From positions 2,852,001-2,916,000 of the forward strand of contig OZ287067.1 of NCBI GenBank assembly GCA_965645245.1: DNA of 64,000 nt, in the 5' to 3' direction. This document shows, piece after piece, positions 11,301 through 22,599 of the stretch (positions within the stretch are counted from its first letter, which is position 1; each line of letters starts with the position of its first letter). The position numbers and the translations under genes are program-made. The notes under the pieces were generated by a model. It was given only the letters and a program-made list of their open reading frames with translations, did no database searches and was not told the DNA's origin. The DNA comes from Massalongia carnosa (taxonomy: Eukaryota).

Positions 11301-13850
11301 TGAGTTATTTTTCGTCTTAAAACTACTCAATGAGAATATAAGCTAATCCCAAAGAGAGAATGATAGATACAAACACTCAAGACAAGCTGTCTCGCTTAAA
11401 ATCTTGGTTAAAACTACCGACTTCGTTGCTGAAAAGTAGCCCTTACGACTATTCTGTGCAATAAGGCAGGCGCGAGGATACAATACATTGCGTACCATAT
11501 CTGGACGAGGTTCAATATCCACGGAAAAATAATAACTAGTTAGTAGGGGGGTCTATGTAAGTTATGACCACGCTCTTTCTTGTCGAGATCTTGTGAGACG
11601 TTGTGACGACATCCTGCAAGCCTGTGCGACAGCGTCTCTCTCGCTGGATCATTGAATGATAGCCTGTATGCCTCGAGCATTCGGCTGTGGATATGGCAGC
11701 GTAGATGCGGAAGGTTTATGTGCAGTGGCAAACGCTACGGTCTTCCATTGTATTGATTTGAAGCATCCAATATTTGACTGAGACTCCCAACGAGATGTAT
11801 TGAAAATCCAAGTTATGTTCTACTAAGTCTCCTTTCCCTTTGGGATGACCAGTCTCGAATAAGCGAGATCTCACTATCGATTCTGAAGCAGATCCCTAAA
11901 GAGATAAGTTCTTGTCAGTGTGTCGCCATCCTTGAGCAATCAATGATAAGAGTTCTTGACATCTGAGGGTGTAAAATGAGCTGGGCTTGCTAAACCATAC
12001 AAACACAATAATTATGAGTAACGTTCACTGATTTGTGGCTTTGAGGAAACAACCAAGGATACAAAGGATAATGGTAGATACGGTTGGTGGATAAGCACCA
12101 CGAGGCTCCGAGGCAATCCGACCGAAAAGCCAAACCACGGTGGAGATAATCCAACGCAGTGGGCGTATGACAACCTTTGTGGAGGAGTTTATGGGTCCAG
12201 AGGGGTATTTCGATTCCCAACTACTATGTTCTCCGTTCCGGTGGTAACCTAGTACTGCTTTCCATTCTCCTGAGGTAAAAAAAGGGCAAAAAAAAAACCA
12301 AAACTAAATAACAGAAACTGTTACGGAGTACATTTAAAAGGCCAAGAAAGAAAACATGATGACATCCTCATGATAATGAGTGACGTTCATTCATACGAGA
12401 GTTAACTTACGTGCTTACCTAGTTAACTTGGCACGCGGGTGAAAAAATAAACGACACAGTGTGCCACTAGAATCTAGTAAGGCTACCTTTACCTTAAGCA
12501 CTCCGTACAAGGTTATATCTTATCACCTGCGCGGCAAGGGTGGAGGTGGAGGTGGAGGTAGAGGTATTTTCCGAAAGTTCTTCATCACATGATTAGTGAA
12601 GCTAGCACGGTTTATCTCTGTACAAGGTACTCTGTTACAAAGTAGTAGAAATCGACGAATGGACAAACACTCTCAAGGATCGAGGTCAGGCGCTGCTTTG
12701 TGATTTGATGGATGCATGCATACCTGAGTATAGCAAGAGGCCATTGACGGACAAGGTTCAGTACTCTGTATTAAATGGTAATTCAGTACTATAGATTGTC
12801 GGCTAAACTTTTGAAAATTGACTGGCGAATGAGTTCTCTATTGTACTCTGGACTCCATTCAGAAAGGATCACGCCATAACAATCACAGGAGCCCAAGCTT
12901 CGTCTTGGAAGAACCTGTGCCTAGTCATTCTTTTCTACCTACTCTGTACAGAGTGTTCTACAAATGTTCGGTAGTCAATTCCGGTACCGAGTATATGTAC
13001 GAAGGATTTCTGGGTATTTCTGGGTATTTTTTGGTGCGACGACCCTCAGCCTCTGGATGCACGGTCATCCGTTTCCTCGCGTAATTAAATCCGTACTCCG
13101 TACTACTCGGTACAGAGTACTCTAGACTCTACTCTAGTGCTCATGAATATGACAAACTGGTCAGCTGATTGCTGACTGTGTTTTCCAGGAGCCTCTTATC
13201 ATCTGCGTTTTTCGGCTCTCGAAGATGGGAAGCAGATACAGATTAGAAGAACGATCTCAACTCACATGGATGCACGTATCTAATCTCTCCACGTCGTGCA
13301 CAGTGCACTCGGCACCCTTTAGGAACCATTCAGCCTGGCTGCGAATCATGACAGTTACCATCATTGTACCCTATCCTTTCCCGACGCAGCAATAGCTGAA
13401 GTTGGCTGGCCTTGCTGACTCCGCCGCACTACATGCAGTAGCTCCAACCCTATGCACGCTTGAACCAACTACCTTTGACAATTGTCACCCGAAATATTCC
13501 TCAACGCCCCCTGTTCACCATATCTAAAGCTGGATGGTTAGAGGGCCGGAAGAGATGCAAGTAATGTTGATGAAGCTTCTAATCAGCACGCGCAATTGCG
13601 TTGTGACTGCAATTCACTAAGTAGACGTATTATGGTCGAGCTATATACAGTTTCTATCCCAGGTTTTGTGTTTCGTGAATCTGGGTATCAATTCATCCTA
13701 TGCTCTCAATCCTCGTGTGAATTGCTCCGTTTTCCAGCCTATTTATTAAACGGTTGTCCATTGTCTTCCCTGCGTTTATCGTTCGATCGTGACTGGCATT
13801 CGGGACTAGTGCGATTGTCGGAATCCTACATGCACATATAAATTACAGAA

Positions 13851-15378
13851 ATGGCCTCCCTACCTACGGCAGCCCAGCTCAAGTCTCTAGAGACGGTGGA
13901 GCGTGTCGCTTCTTGTTTTTCGATAATTGGGACAGTGTTCATCTTTATCACTTTTCTCTCCTCGCCGAACTTCCGGAAACCTATCAACCGACTGGTGTTC
14001 TATGCCTCATGGGGAAACATATTGTGTAACATCGCAACTTTAATGTCGCAGTCGGGTATTCGCGCTGGTCAAGGCTCGCACCTTTGTCAGTTCCAGGGCT
14101 TTCTTATTCAAATGTAAGAGGCTTGTTGTTCGCACTCACTGGCAAGGCCTTGTTAACAATCCAAAGGTTTGTACCTGCGGATGCCTTCTGGAATCTAGCC
14201 ATGGCGATCAATGTGTATCTGACCCTGTTCAGAAATTATAATGCCCAGCAACTCAAAGCATTGGAGTGGAAGTATCAGCTCATGTGCTACGGGGTGCCCT
14301 TTGTGATTGCGTTGACATGTGTCTTTATCGAGACTCGATCGAGAGGCATGATCTATGGACCTGCTATGGTAAGTAGCCTAGGGGGTTGACCCTAGAGAAT
14401 AGCTCCCTTGGAAACCGTTCGGACTAACACATGATTAGCTATGGTGCTGGATATCGACTAAATGGGCATTTCTCCGGGTCGCCTTGTGTTACGGCCCAGC
14501 ATGGTAAGAGAACTTAGTCAGAGAACGAATCCAGGTATTTATGCTTCCTGGTCTGACCCTAATGCAGGATCTGCATTGCAGCCGCTTTTACCATCTACGT
14601 TATGGCAGGCCGAGAAGTATTTCGGAAACGTCAGGAGTTGCGCGACTTTAGCAATCCGATGGATGAGCCTCACCTTGTTGGCTACAAAACAACCGACGTG
14701 CAAATCACCAGCGAGCCAGCGAAACAGCCACGTGAGAATTTGGATAGTACAAATCGCAGCAATCGAAGTACTATTTCCGGCAAAAGTTACGAGCAATATA
14801 CGGTGAAAATTGCATCGGGAGCTATAAGTCCAAGGCCTCATTTGCCATACACTACAAGCGCAGGATCAGTATACAATCGAACCAACAGAGCTACGATGGA
14901 AGCTAACACAGCCGCTTGGGGCTATACTAAAGTCGCCTTACTTTTCTTTGTTTCGCTTCTCGTGACTTGGGTAAGCACACTTACTGCTTCGCATTTTTGA
15001 TTCTTCTTCTTCAAATTTTTTTTGGCTCTTTGCGAGAGCTACTTTACTCGCTAATCGGCTGATTTACAGGCTCCATCATCCGTCAATCGTCTCAACTCCC
15101 TGATTCATCCCAATTCCGTTTCTATTTCTTTGACCTACACGGCTGGCACTGTGCTCTCACTGATGGGCTTTTGGAACTCGGTTATATACATCACTACCTC
15201 GCGCGCAGCGTGCAAATCGCTCTTTCTTGACCTCTGGCAGCATCGGCAGTCTCGGGGCAAGGTGGTCCCACGAAGGAGACCGGAGGATAGAAGAACGATC
15301 GGCTCTATGAGTACAAGAGTGGATATCGGAAGCAGCGATAGCAAAGAAGCGTTCGCAGCTGGAGAGGATATGGTGTGA
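13851..15378 (+). CDS. cAMP-receptor-like 7TM GPCR (fungal class V, GprH/GPR-1-like); 5 exons
   Basis: Motifs FRKPINRLVFYAS, LCQFQGFLIQM|FVPADAFW, YGPA..WCWI, YTKVALLFF..LLVTW|APSS.NR, GFWNSVIY. Introns 14114-14166, 14369-14438, 14504-14567 and 14971-15069 all restore frame. Confidence 0.9.
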
Positions 15379-17005
15379 TAATTCAACAGACAAATCAAAA
15401 GCCAACACCAGAATTCTGGCAGACTGGGCAATCGCTTAAGCCAACGAAGCTATGCGTTGAAAAGACCAACCGCGCTTCTGTAGATTCAGCCACCATTTCG
15501 AACCTGAAGGCCCAGCTAAATAAAAGCGCTAGGTATAGTTCTGGGAGGAAAACATATTTCCCTGGCGCTCGAGAAAAAAGCCCTCAACTGAACGCACTTG
15601 TCACTAAGATGAATATTCTAATGTGGTAGCGAGGCTTCCTCAATATGGTCTGCAGGATAGGCTTTGGGACTTGGAACGGATGGCTGGGGTTCAAACGAAG
15701 ACATTGGAGACGCAAAACCGACTACGCAACGATGGAACGAAGAACCGAACCAGATCAAGAATTTGACAACTGAGAGCGATATTTGGACGAGTTTCCCAAA
15801 TCGGCGCATTTTACCTGAATGCCCGATTCGTGGGCCTTGAAGAAGGCTCTTGCCAAGCTTCACCAACGGCTGGAGCAGCCTCAACCATTACGGTGCCTGG
15901 GAAATCTAGGTGTTCGACGATGCGGATTTACCATTATTTGACACAATGCAAGTGTGAGAGCTCGGAGTAAGGGTTTGTTCGGTAACATTAAGACTGCTTC
16001 TTTTTGCACCCCTGAATAAGCTGGTGTCCGTGCGTTAATAGCGTTTACTAGAGTTAGTATATTACTAGGGATTATGGAACTAAGCGTTTTGACAACAAAA
16101 AGGTCTCGACGACAGCACGGTAATTTCGTTCAATCGCACAATTCATCGTCTGAATCCTGTTCAGCGATAGTAATTGGGCTAGTCAAACGAGGTCTTAGTG
16201 AAAAAAGAACATTTTCCCGTACTACGTACTGACTGTGTTGATTAATGTATCGATACGTGTGTATCCTTCCACCTTCAGCTTCACACTCGGACAGCGTTCC
16301 AAAACCTATGCAGATCTGGGACTTTTTGCCTTCTCATGGTTTGATGTTCCTATCTCCTTGCAGTTACTTGATTTTATGAGTTCCCCGCCTGTTGTGTACA
16401 TTTCAGAGGTGCTGTTCTCCTACTATTAGACCATCAATAGAGCATAAATTTAAAGGCCGTATTCAATCAGGTCATTTACGTTCTCTCCCCAAGGTGTCAA
16501 CGATAATCGGTTTGCTGAGCGAGTTATTCAAATCTACTCCAACATCAAGATTAATCTTATGCTTTCATAGCTTCACCACAATATCTGCCCTATCCTTCAA
16601 TCTGGTTTCAACAACACCTCGTCGTTACTCTATGATAGCTTGCCTTGTTTTTCCTCTTATCACATGTGCAAACACAGCCCTTTAACTCGTATTAAGAGTA
16701 AAACATCGGGGAAGACTAATTCAGTACATGTTCTGCATAATAACTGTACAACTGAGCTTAGCGGTCGAACAACTGCGCCGAGAATGAAGAGGAAGAAAGT
16801 CAAGGGTGAGTCTAGGTGAATCTCCATACCTCACTGTTATCACAGAACACTTTTATCTTATTGACACACTCCTCCATTTTTCACCCATTTGAACCTCTTT
16901 GGAGCCCTCTTTGGTCCTTCAGAACCAACACACTTTGATGTACTGCGAATCTAGCAACCGAAAAATTTCAAGCCTCTGTCTTCAAGAAGTTGATACTCCT
17001 CAGCT

Positions 17006-17587
17006 ATGGCTTATTACGTCGATCATGCACCACAGTTGTTTTTGTCCCAGTTGACGAATGACTTCAGAGCCGTTACGTTGACTCTAGTACCTAACCAGAA
17101 AACTGTCTATGCTATCTATGACAGCTTTACACAAGAGGACCTTAACGAATACTCCAGCTTGCTCTCACACGCCGTTCAAGATTGTTGGCTTACCAATGAT
17201 GCAACTTCTGGATTTCGGGTGTGTGACGCAGGACCACGAGTTTCTATCCCCAAAATCTGTGTCGGCCCCGCTTTCAAAGCTCCGATGTTTTTCGAGCAGC
17301 ATGAGCCTCTTCTTTACTTCATGGTGGTTCAGGGGAAGAACAATGCCGAGCGATCGAAATTGGTTCTAAGATATAGTCTTAATGCTGCCGCTTCGGCTAT
17401 ATTTCATGAAGCATTGAATGGATACTCGATTGCGTTTTCAGGTGCCATGTTACGGGAGGATGGACGCAAGATATTTTCTGCAAATGCATTTAAGTTGCCT
17501 CGGACATTCCACCGCGTCGGGACCCTAGCTGAGCTCAGACCCATGGGAGCCAACAGGGCAGATGAGAGGATCGGAGTATGGTGTTGA
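17006..17587 (+). CDS. Hypothetical protein (193-aa ORF; may have a further 3' exon)
   Basis: ATG-initiated open frame with protein-like composition in an otherwise stop-rich region. No recognisable motif. Confidence 0.45.
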   Translation: MAYYVDHAPQLFLSQLTNDFRAVTLTLVPNQKTVYAIYDSFTQEDLNEYSSLLSHAVQDCWLTNDATSGFRVCDAGPRVSIPKICVGPAFKAPMFFEQHEPLLYFMVVQGKNNAERSKLVLRYSLNAAASAIFHEALNGYSIAFSGAMLREDGRKIFSANAFKLPRTFHRVGTLAELRPMGANRADERIGVWC

Positions 17588-18648
17588 ATACATAGGAGTT
17601 GAGCAAGTGAGTCCCTCCACATGACTTAATTTATTTAATGATTAAATCGTGCAGAAGAGGCGGTTAAACGGGGCTTCAAAACCGTACAGAGGATCGAGTG
17701 ATTGCGATCCACACATCTTCTGCCGATTGACAGCTTTCAGATGTGGCTCTCCCACTCTAAAGGAATGTACATTAGATACCCTTGCTCAGGTGAAAGGCTT
17801 GATTGAAGAGCAGGTTGGTGGTAATCTTCTGCATCCACACCTTGCATGTCCCACATATATCGGACAACAAAATGCTCCTTCTCAATATGAAAATTTCTCT
17901 CAGCTCATAACTTGGTGGATTTAGCTCCTCCTTCTCATGAAGCCCGATGAATTATCACCGGACATATATCCGAAACCTGAACGTCAACCAATATGAACTC
18001 TTACTCTAGGATCATAATTAAGATTACTTTGAACCAGAAAATACGCCTATTGCCACCCTCCTAATCACAACCGCCATCTCTGCATCAGAATCAGCCCCAA
18101 AGTTCAATAGGATAGCGGCAAAGACCGAAGGCCCGAAAACTTAGGTCCCCAAAGCACAGCCCCTATAATCGCGAACCCTCCGGGCCTTGACCGTAACCTC
18201 CCCGTCAGGCAAAAGCCCTATCGCCCCCTATAAAGTTTCACTCTTCAAGGCTATCAAACCCCTTTGCCTCTTATCTAAACCCTATACCGCTCTAATCCGG
18301 AGTACCCCCTCTCTCAACACCTCACCTTCCACTCCATTTCTCCTACCAGGCTTTCCTTCTCCCAAACCCCCTTCCTAAGAATCTAGCAGGTTGTAGCCAA
18401 ATTCTTGCTTGTTTTTTCCCCAGGAAATTATAGGCGAGTTATTTGGGCGAGGGCGAGGACGAGCGAGATGCTTAGGGACAGTCCCCCCGACCGTCCCCCC
18501 CCCCCCTTGTGTAAATCTTTACTAGTAAACAGCCATTTTACTACTCATCCAGGGTGCGTACAAGCTAGCAGTTACACTACGTATTAATAATGTTGCTGTT
18601 ACTGACTAAGTGTATTCAACACCTACAAATCTACCGATTGCGATGACT

Positions 18649-19790
18649 TCAACTCCAAAACTCGTCAGCCAATTGCGATACATCATCTTTTCTAGGCTTC
18701 ATGGTTTTAGCCACCTTTCTCATCGCCGTTTCCTTTCTCGCTTGAGCCCTAGCCTGTTTGACTGATTTCTCGACTCTTTGCTGAGATCCCAACTCCAACT
18801 GAGCCTTTGATTTCTTCGCCACACCCCGAGACCTTCGCGTTGTTGCAGAGGAAGTAGGGAGAATTTGACTGGCGCGCACGTTTTGGCTAAGACTATAAAG
18901 AGTTGGAGGCGCTGCCTGAGGTAGGATTAAGTTATATAGCAATAAGCGACGGGAAACGAAAGGTCGGTGTTAGTGATTCCAACCAAAACGGATAAAGGCA
19001 AGTTCAATATATTAGTATTGAACGTTGCATCCGTTTCTAATAGAAACCCACCCACGAAACGTCGAGCCAGCCTAATTTGCCTCGCATTGCAAAAAAAAAA
19101 AAGTTCTATCACCCGTTTCTCACGCACATTATTCTTAACAATATATTTTTCTTACACCGTACATGAAAGCCCTTGTCTTTCAACGAGCCTAAGGCAAAAA
19201 GAAGCTCTTCTTCAGGCGTGTGAGCTCCCTCCGAATGAGCGAGATTATAATAATCACTCCTCGACAGACGGAGTCCTTGGATTCCTAATATTCTCGCTGC
19301 TTGGCCATATTGGGTTGACGATGCACGGAGACTCTTCCCTTGATCTAGGGCATCTGTTCGATCAGGGTTCCTACTATGATGTTCTCTGAATGCAAAGGGA
19401 TCAGTGGCCATCTCATGATTGTGCTCGGAGTTAGTAACTATTAGTCTCCATGCATTGTCTTTGTTTTTTTTTGAGACGGAGGCGATAAGGGCACTCATTG
19501 AACGAAACTTTGGTATTGGCTCGCACCCGGTCTTCCTCCTCTACTTTTCTAGTGTTTCTAACTCTTTTGTGATGGCGTGTGTGGTCTAATACGATTAAAT
19601 GGTTTTTCTTATCGTGAGTTTCTCTGACCAACGCGAAGCCTTGGGTGAAGGCTTAGTCTTGAAGACGAGTCTTTGTCTTCTTCCAAGACGAAAATAACTC
19701 ATTCTCTTGCGGAGGAAGGAGGTGAGGTGAGGGTAGAAGGGCAATGGCATGTTGCTTTCGTGCATCCAAAGAAGTGGGATCGAACTCCAT
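18649..19790 (-). pseudogene. Degenerate, internally deleted MULE transposase of the outer element
   Basis: MEFDPTS...RLQD*AFTQGFALV, CPYRL..WRL...HNH (FAR1-like), ETDATFNTNILNLPLSVLVGITNT..FPVAYCYI (first catalytic Asp region). Frameshifts at homopolymer runs. The sequence jumps to a C-terminal segment at ~18927, so the remaining D/E residues are missing. Confidence 0.85.
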
Positions 19791-19937
19791 CGCGATGAGG
19801 AGTAGTAAAATATATAATATGAGGTATAGCATAAGTGGAAGGAGAGATTTAGAGAGGGCAAAGGTTAGGACAAGGGCAAGGGCAAGTGGTAAGTGAGGGT
19901 GAGGGTATGCTTTATCAGACCGAGTAGGATAATTATA

Positions 19938-22599
19938 GAGTACGGATACGTGGACACCCCTTTGGTTACCTGGACACCCCCTGAGGTTACCTGGACGCCC
20001 CCCAGTGATACACGGACACCCCCTTCCTAGAATAGGTAAGAATCAAGGGTTCAGCCCCCTCACTTACCCACTTCGGGGTAAGCTCCCGGGCGCATATCGG
20101 GGAAATTTTTTCCTTCACCTTTTGAAAGTGGTCGGGAATTTCTGAAACGAAGTCGATTGGCACTGGCTTTGCAAATCAGACTCTGATTCTAGAAACTAAG
20201 CCTCATTTGGTCTAATTAATGATGATAACCTCCTCATCTCCGCTTGCTGTCGCTGTCCCCCCCCCCCCTGTCGCCGTCCCCGCCTCCGAGTCATTTGTAG
20301 TCAGCTATCTGCCAATCCCCTTGTTATAACCCCTCCTCTAGCCCTACCTCCCCGTCCCCGTCCCCATCCCGATCCCCGTCCCCGTCTGCCTCGTCCACGA
20401 CCAGGTGCCGGGTCCGCTCGATGAACGGCTGATTGATCTGCATCCGGGTCCACCCGCTCGAAAAGGGAAGGATCACGATTAGTAGATGCCTCGAATGCTT
20501 GCTGTCTTCTATTCAAATTCTCCGCACCTGGAGGTCTGCCCCTTGGTCTAGCAACTTCGGGTGCCTGAACCCGAAGATAAGGATTATCAATAGCCACACG
20601 GGCTGTCCTATCAAACCTCCAATGAGGATGAATATCTTCCAATAGCAACTTTCCCCCCCCATCCCCATACAATCGTTCCTGAATCTTATGACTGCACGGA
20701 AGACCCATGGTTAAACTGAACGTTCCAGTACAGGCCGGAATAGCTGTTGGTTGACCAACCAAACGTTCGTATTGAGGCATTATCTTTCTCAAAGCATAGG
20801 AAGTGACGTATGGACTGATTTCCTGAAAGATAGGTTTGCGAATATCCATAGGTAGTCGCACCTTCGCTTCATCAAGACGAATCAGATGATTGTGAAGTTC
20901 ATTGATCAATAGAAGATTGATTCCGTCCACCACCGTCTTAAGATCTCTAGATGATGACCCTAGCTGTCGCTTAAGTACTGCATGCCCACCTTCACCTCGA
21001 GAGGTAGTGGTGGTTTCGAAATGAGTAATCATACTGGTATAGCACTTGACAAAACGATGTCGGAAGGGTATGTAGATGTCGTTTAGATATTCCACACATT
21101 GATCCTGACCCTGATACTGAATCCTGAATCGCTCCCATGACTCCAAAAACTCTGGTTCTGACGAGGCATAAACGACCGTTTTCCAGTCAGCGAAGAAGGA
21201 GTCCCACGCCTCTTTGGTATCGAAGCTCTTCTTGCAATTGGTCAGGACGTTATTATTGATGTGCCATAAGCAAAGCAGATGATTGGTTGCGGGGAAAACA
21301 TCCTCAATTCCAGCTATCAGACTCTTTTCCATGTCCGTGACTATGACGATCGGGTTAGGAAGCATCATCCCATCATACATACCTCGCAATTGCTGCAACA
21401 TCCAGGTATAATCAGACGTGGCTTCCTTGGCCATGAAGCAAAATGCCACATAGAAGTTGGTATGTAGGGCGGTTTGACCACTGATGATCAATAAGGGCAT
21501 CTTATATCTGTTGGTTTTGTAAGTGGCGTCCATCACCAACACCTCGTAATTCGTCTTCAATAGTCGTTGAGAACAGCCCTTAATAAAGAATAAATGAGTT
21601 ATTCTATCTAGATCATCCTTTTGCATCTGATACGTCCAATCTCCTTGATCCAGCTCTCGGATTAATGCCTGAACCGGAGTCAATGGGCCGAGTGTCTCGC
21701 GACGAAGCTGTGCTTTGACGTTGTAGATATCCCGAGGTTTGAATAAGGGATTGATGATGTAGGGATTTTCTGGATCGTCAAAATTGATTCCCGTCGTCGG
21801 ATCAGCAACACGAAGACTAGATAAAATCTTGAAAGGGGCTGTTTGCACGATCAGAGCTCGGGAAATCTCACTTTTAACCTCTTTCGTCATCGCCAATTTC
21901 CTCAACGCTGGATGAGCACCAGCGAGGGTAGAAGCATGATTATGAGTCGATTTGACCACCTCCAAAAACCAGATACCACTGTCGTTTTCTCGTGTGGCCA
22001 CACAAGAGAAAGGGCATTCAATTCGTCGGCTACCCGTATGTCGCCGATCCTGACCTCTTGGTCCGTCGGTTTTTCTTCCTCGATCACATATCAGCCATGC
22101 CTTTCTTGTTACCTTAAGTTTCGACTTCTTGGTTCGACCCAAAACGACTGCGTATCCTTGACGACCAGCATGCTCATTGACTCGTAGAACCAGGTCTTCC
22201 AGACTTTCAAAACTTTGTCCATCCTCGGGGGGTGCAAGTCCGCCAGGGGGTAGAGGGCCAGGTGGTCGGGGTGGAGTAGCTGGTTCATCTTCGAGGGGTG
22301 CAAGTCCGTCAGGAGGTGGGGCAGGAGGTGGGGGGTCAGGAGGTGGTGCAGACATGATAAAGTGTCAAAATGTTGGTGATGATGATGTTTACGAAGTGCC
22401 AAAATGTTGGTGTTTACGGTTGAAAAAAAAATTCCCGAGGTGCACCCTCGGGAGCTTACCCCGAAGTGGGTAAGTGAGGGGGCTGAACCCTTGATTCTTA
22501 CCTATTCTAGGAAGGGGGTGTCCGTGTATCACTGGGGGGTGTCCAGGTAACCTCAGGGGGTGTCCAGGTAGCCAAAGGGGTGTCCACGTATCCGTACTC
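19938..22599 (-). mobile_element. Inner Mutator (Hop-like) element, apparently intact/autonomous (2662 bp)
   Basis: 151-bp TIRs (19938-20088, 22449-22599) with 2 mismatches and internal GGACACCCC repeats. 8-bp direct repeat TAATTATA at 19930-19937 and 22600-22607. Confidence 0.95.
20301..22355 (-). CDS. MULE (MudrA/Hop-like) transposase, 684 aa, uninterrupted
   Basis: FAR1-like domain (LICDRG...CPF...HNH). DDE core VMDATYKTNRY / IVTDME / CLWHI / TTSRGEGGH. SWIM-like C..MGLPCSH, AT-hook RPRGRP, RG-rich tail. Confidence 0.95.
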   Translation of the reverse strand: MSAPPPDPPPPAPPPDGLAPLEDEPATPPRPPGPLPPGGLAPPEDGQSFESLEDLVLRVNEHAGRQGYAVVLGRTKKSKLKVTRKAWLICDRGRKTDGPRGQDRRHTGSRRIECPFSCVATRENDSGIWFLEVVKSTHNHASTLAGAHPALRKLAMTKEVKSEISRALIVQTAPFKILSSLRVADPTTGINFDDPENPYIINPLFKPRDIYNVKAQLRRETLGPLTPVQALIRELDQGDWTYQMQKDDLDRITHLFFIKGCSQRLLKTNYEVLVMDATYKTNRYKMPLLIISGQTALHTNFYVAFCFMAKEATSDYTWMLQQLRGMYDGMMLPNPIVIVTDMEKSLIAGIEDVFPATNHLLCLWHINNNVLTNCKKSFDTKEAWDSFFADWKTVVYASSEPEFLESWERFRIQYQGQDQCVEYLNDIYIPFRHRFVKCYTSMITHFETTTTSRGEGGHAVLKRQLGSSSRDLKTVVDGINLLLINELHNHLIRLDEAKVRLPMDIRKPIFQEISPYVTSYALRKIMPQYERLVGQPTAIPACTGTFSLTMGLPCSHKIQERLYGDGGGKLLLEDIHPHWRFDRTARVAIDNPYLRVQAPEVARPRGRPPGAENLNRRQQAFEASTNRDPSLFERVDPDADQSAVHRADPAPGRGRGRRGRGSGWGRGRGGRARGGVITRGLADS

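Noticed and set aside
15400..15900. Short ORFs downstream of the GPCR
   Set aside because: No consistent spliced model or recognisable motif.
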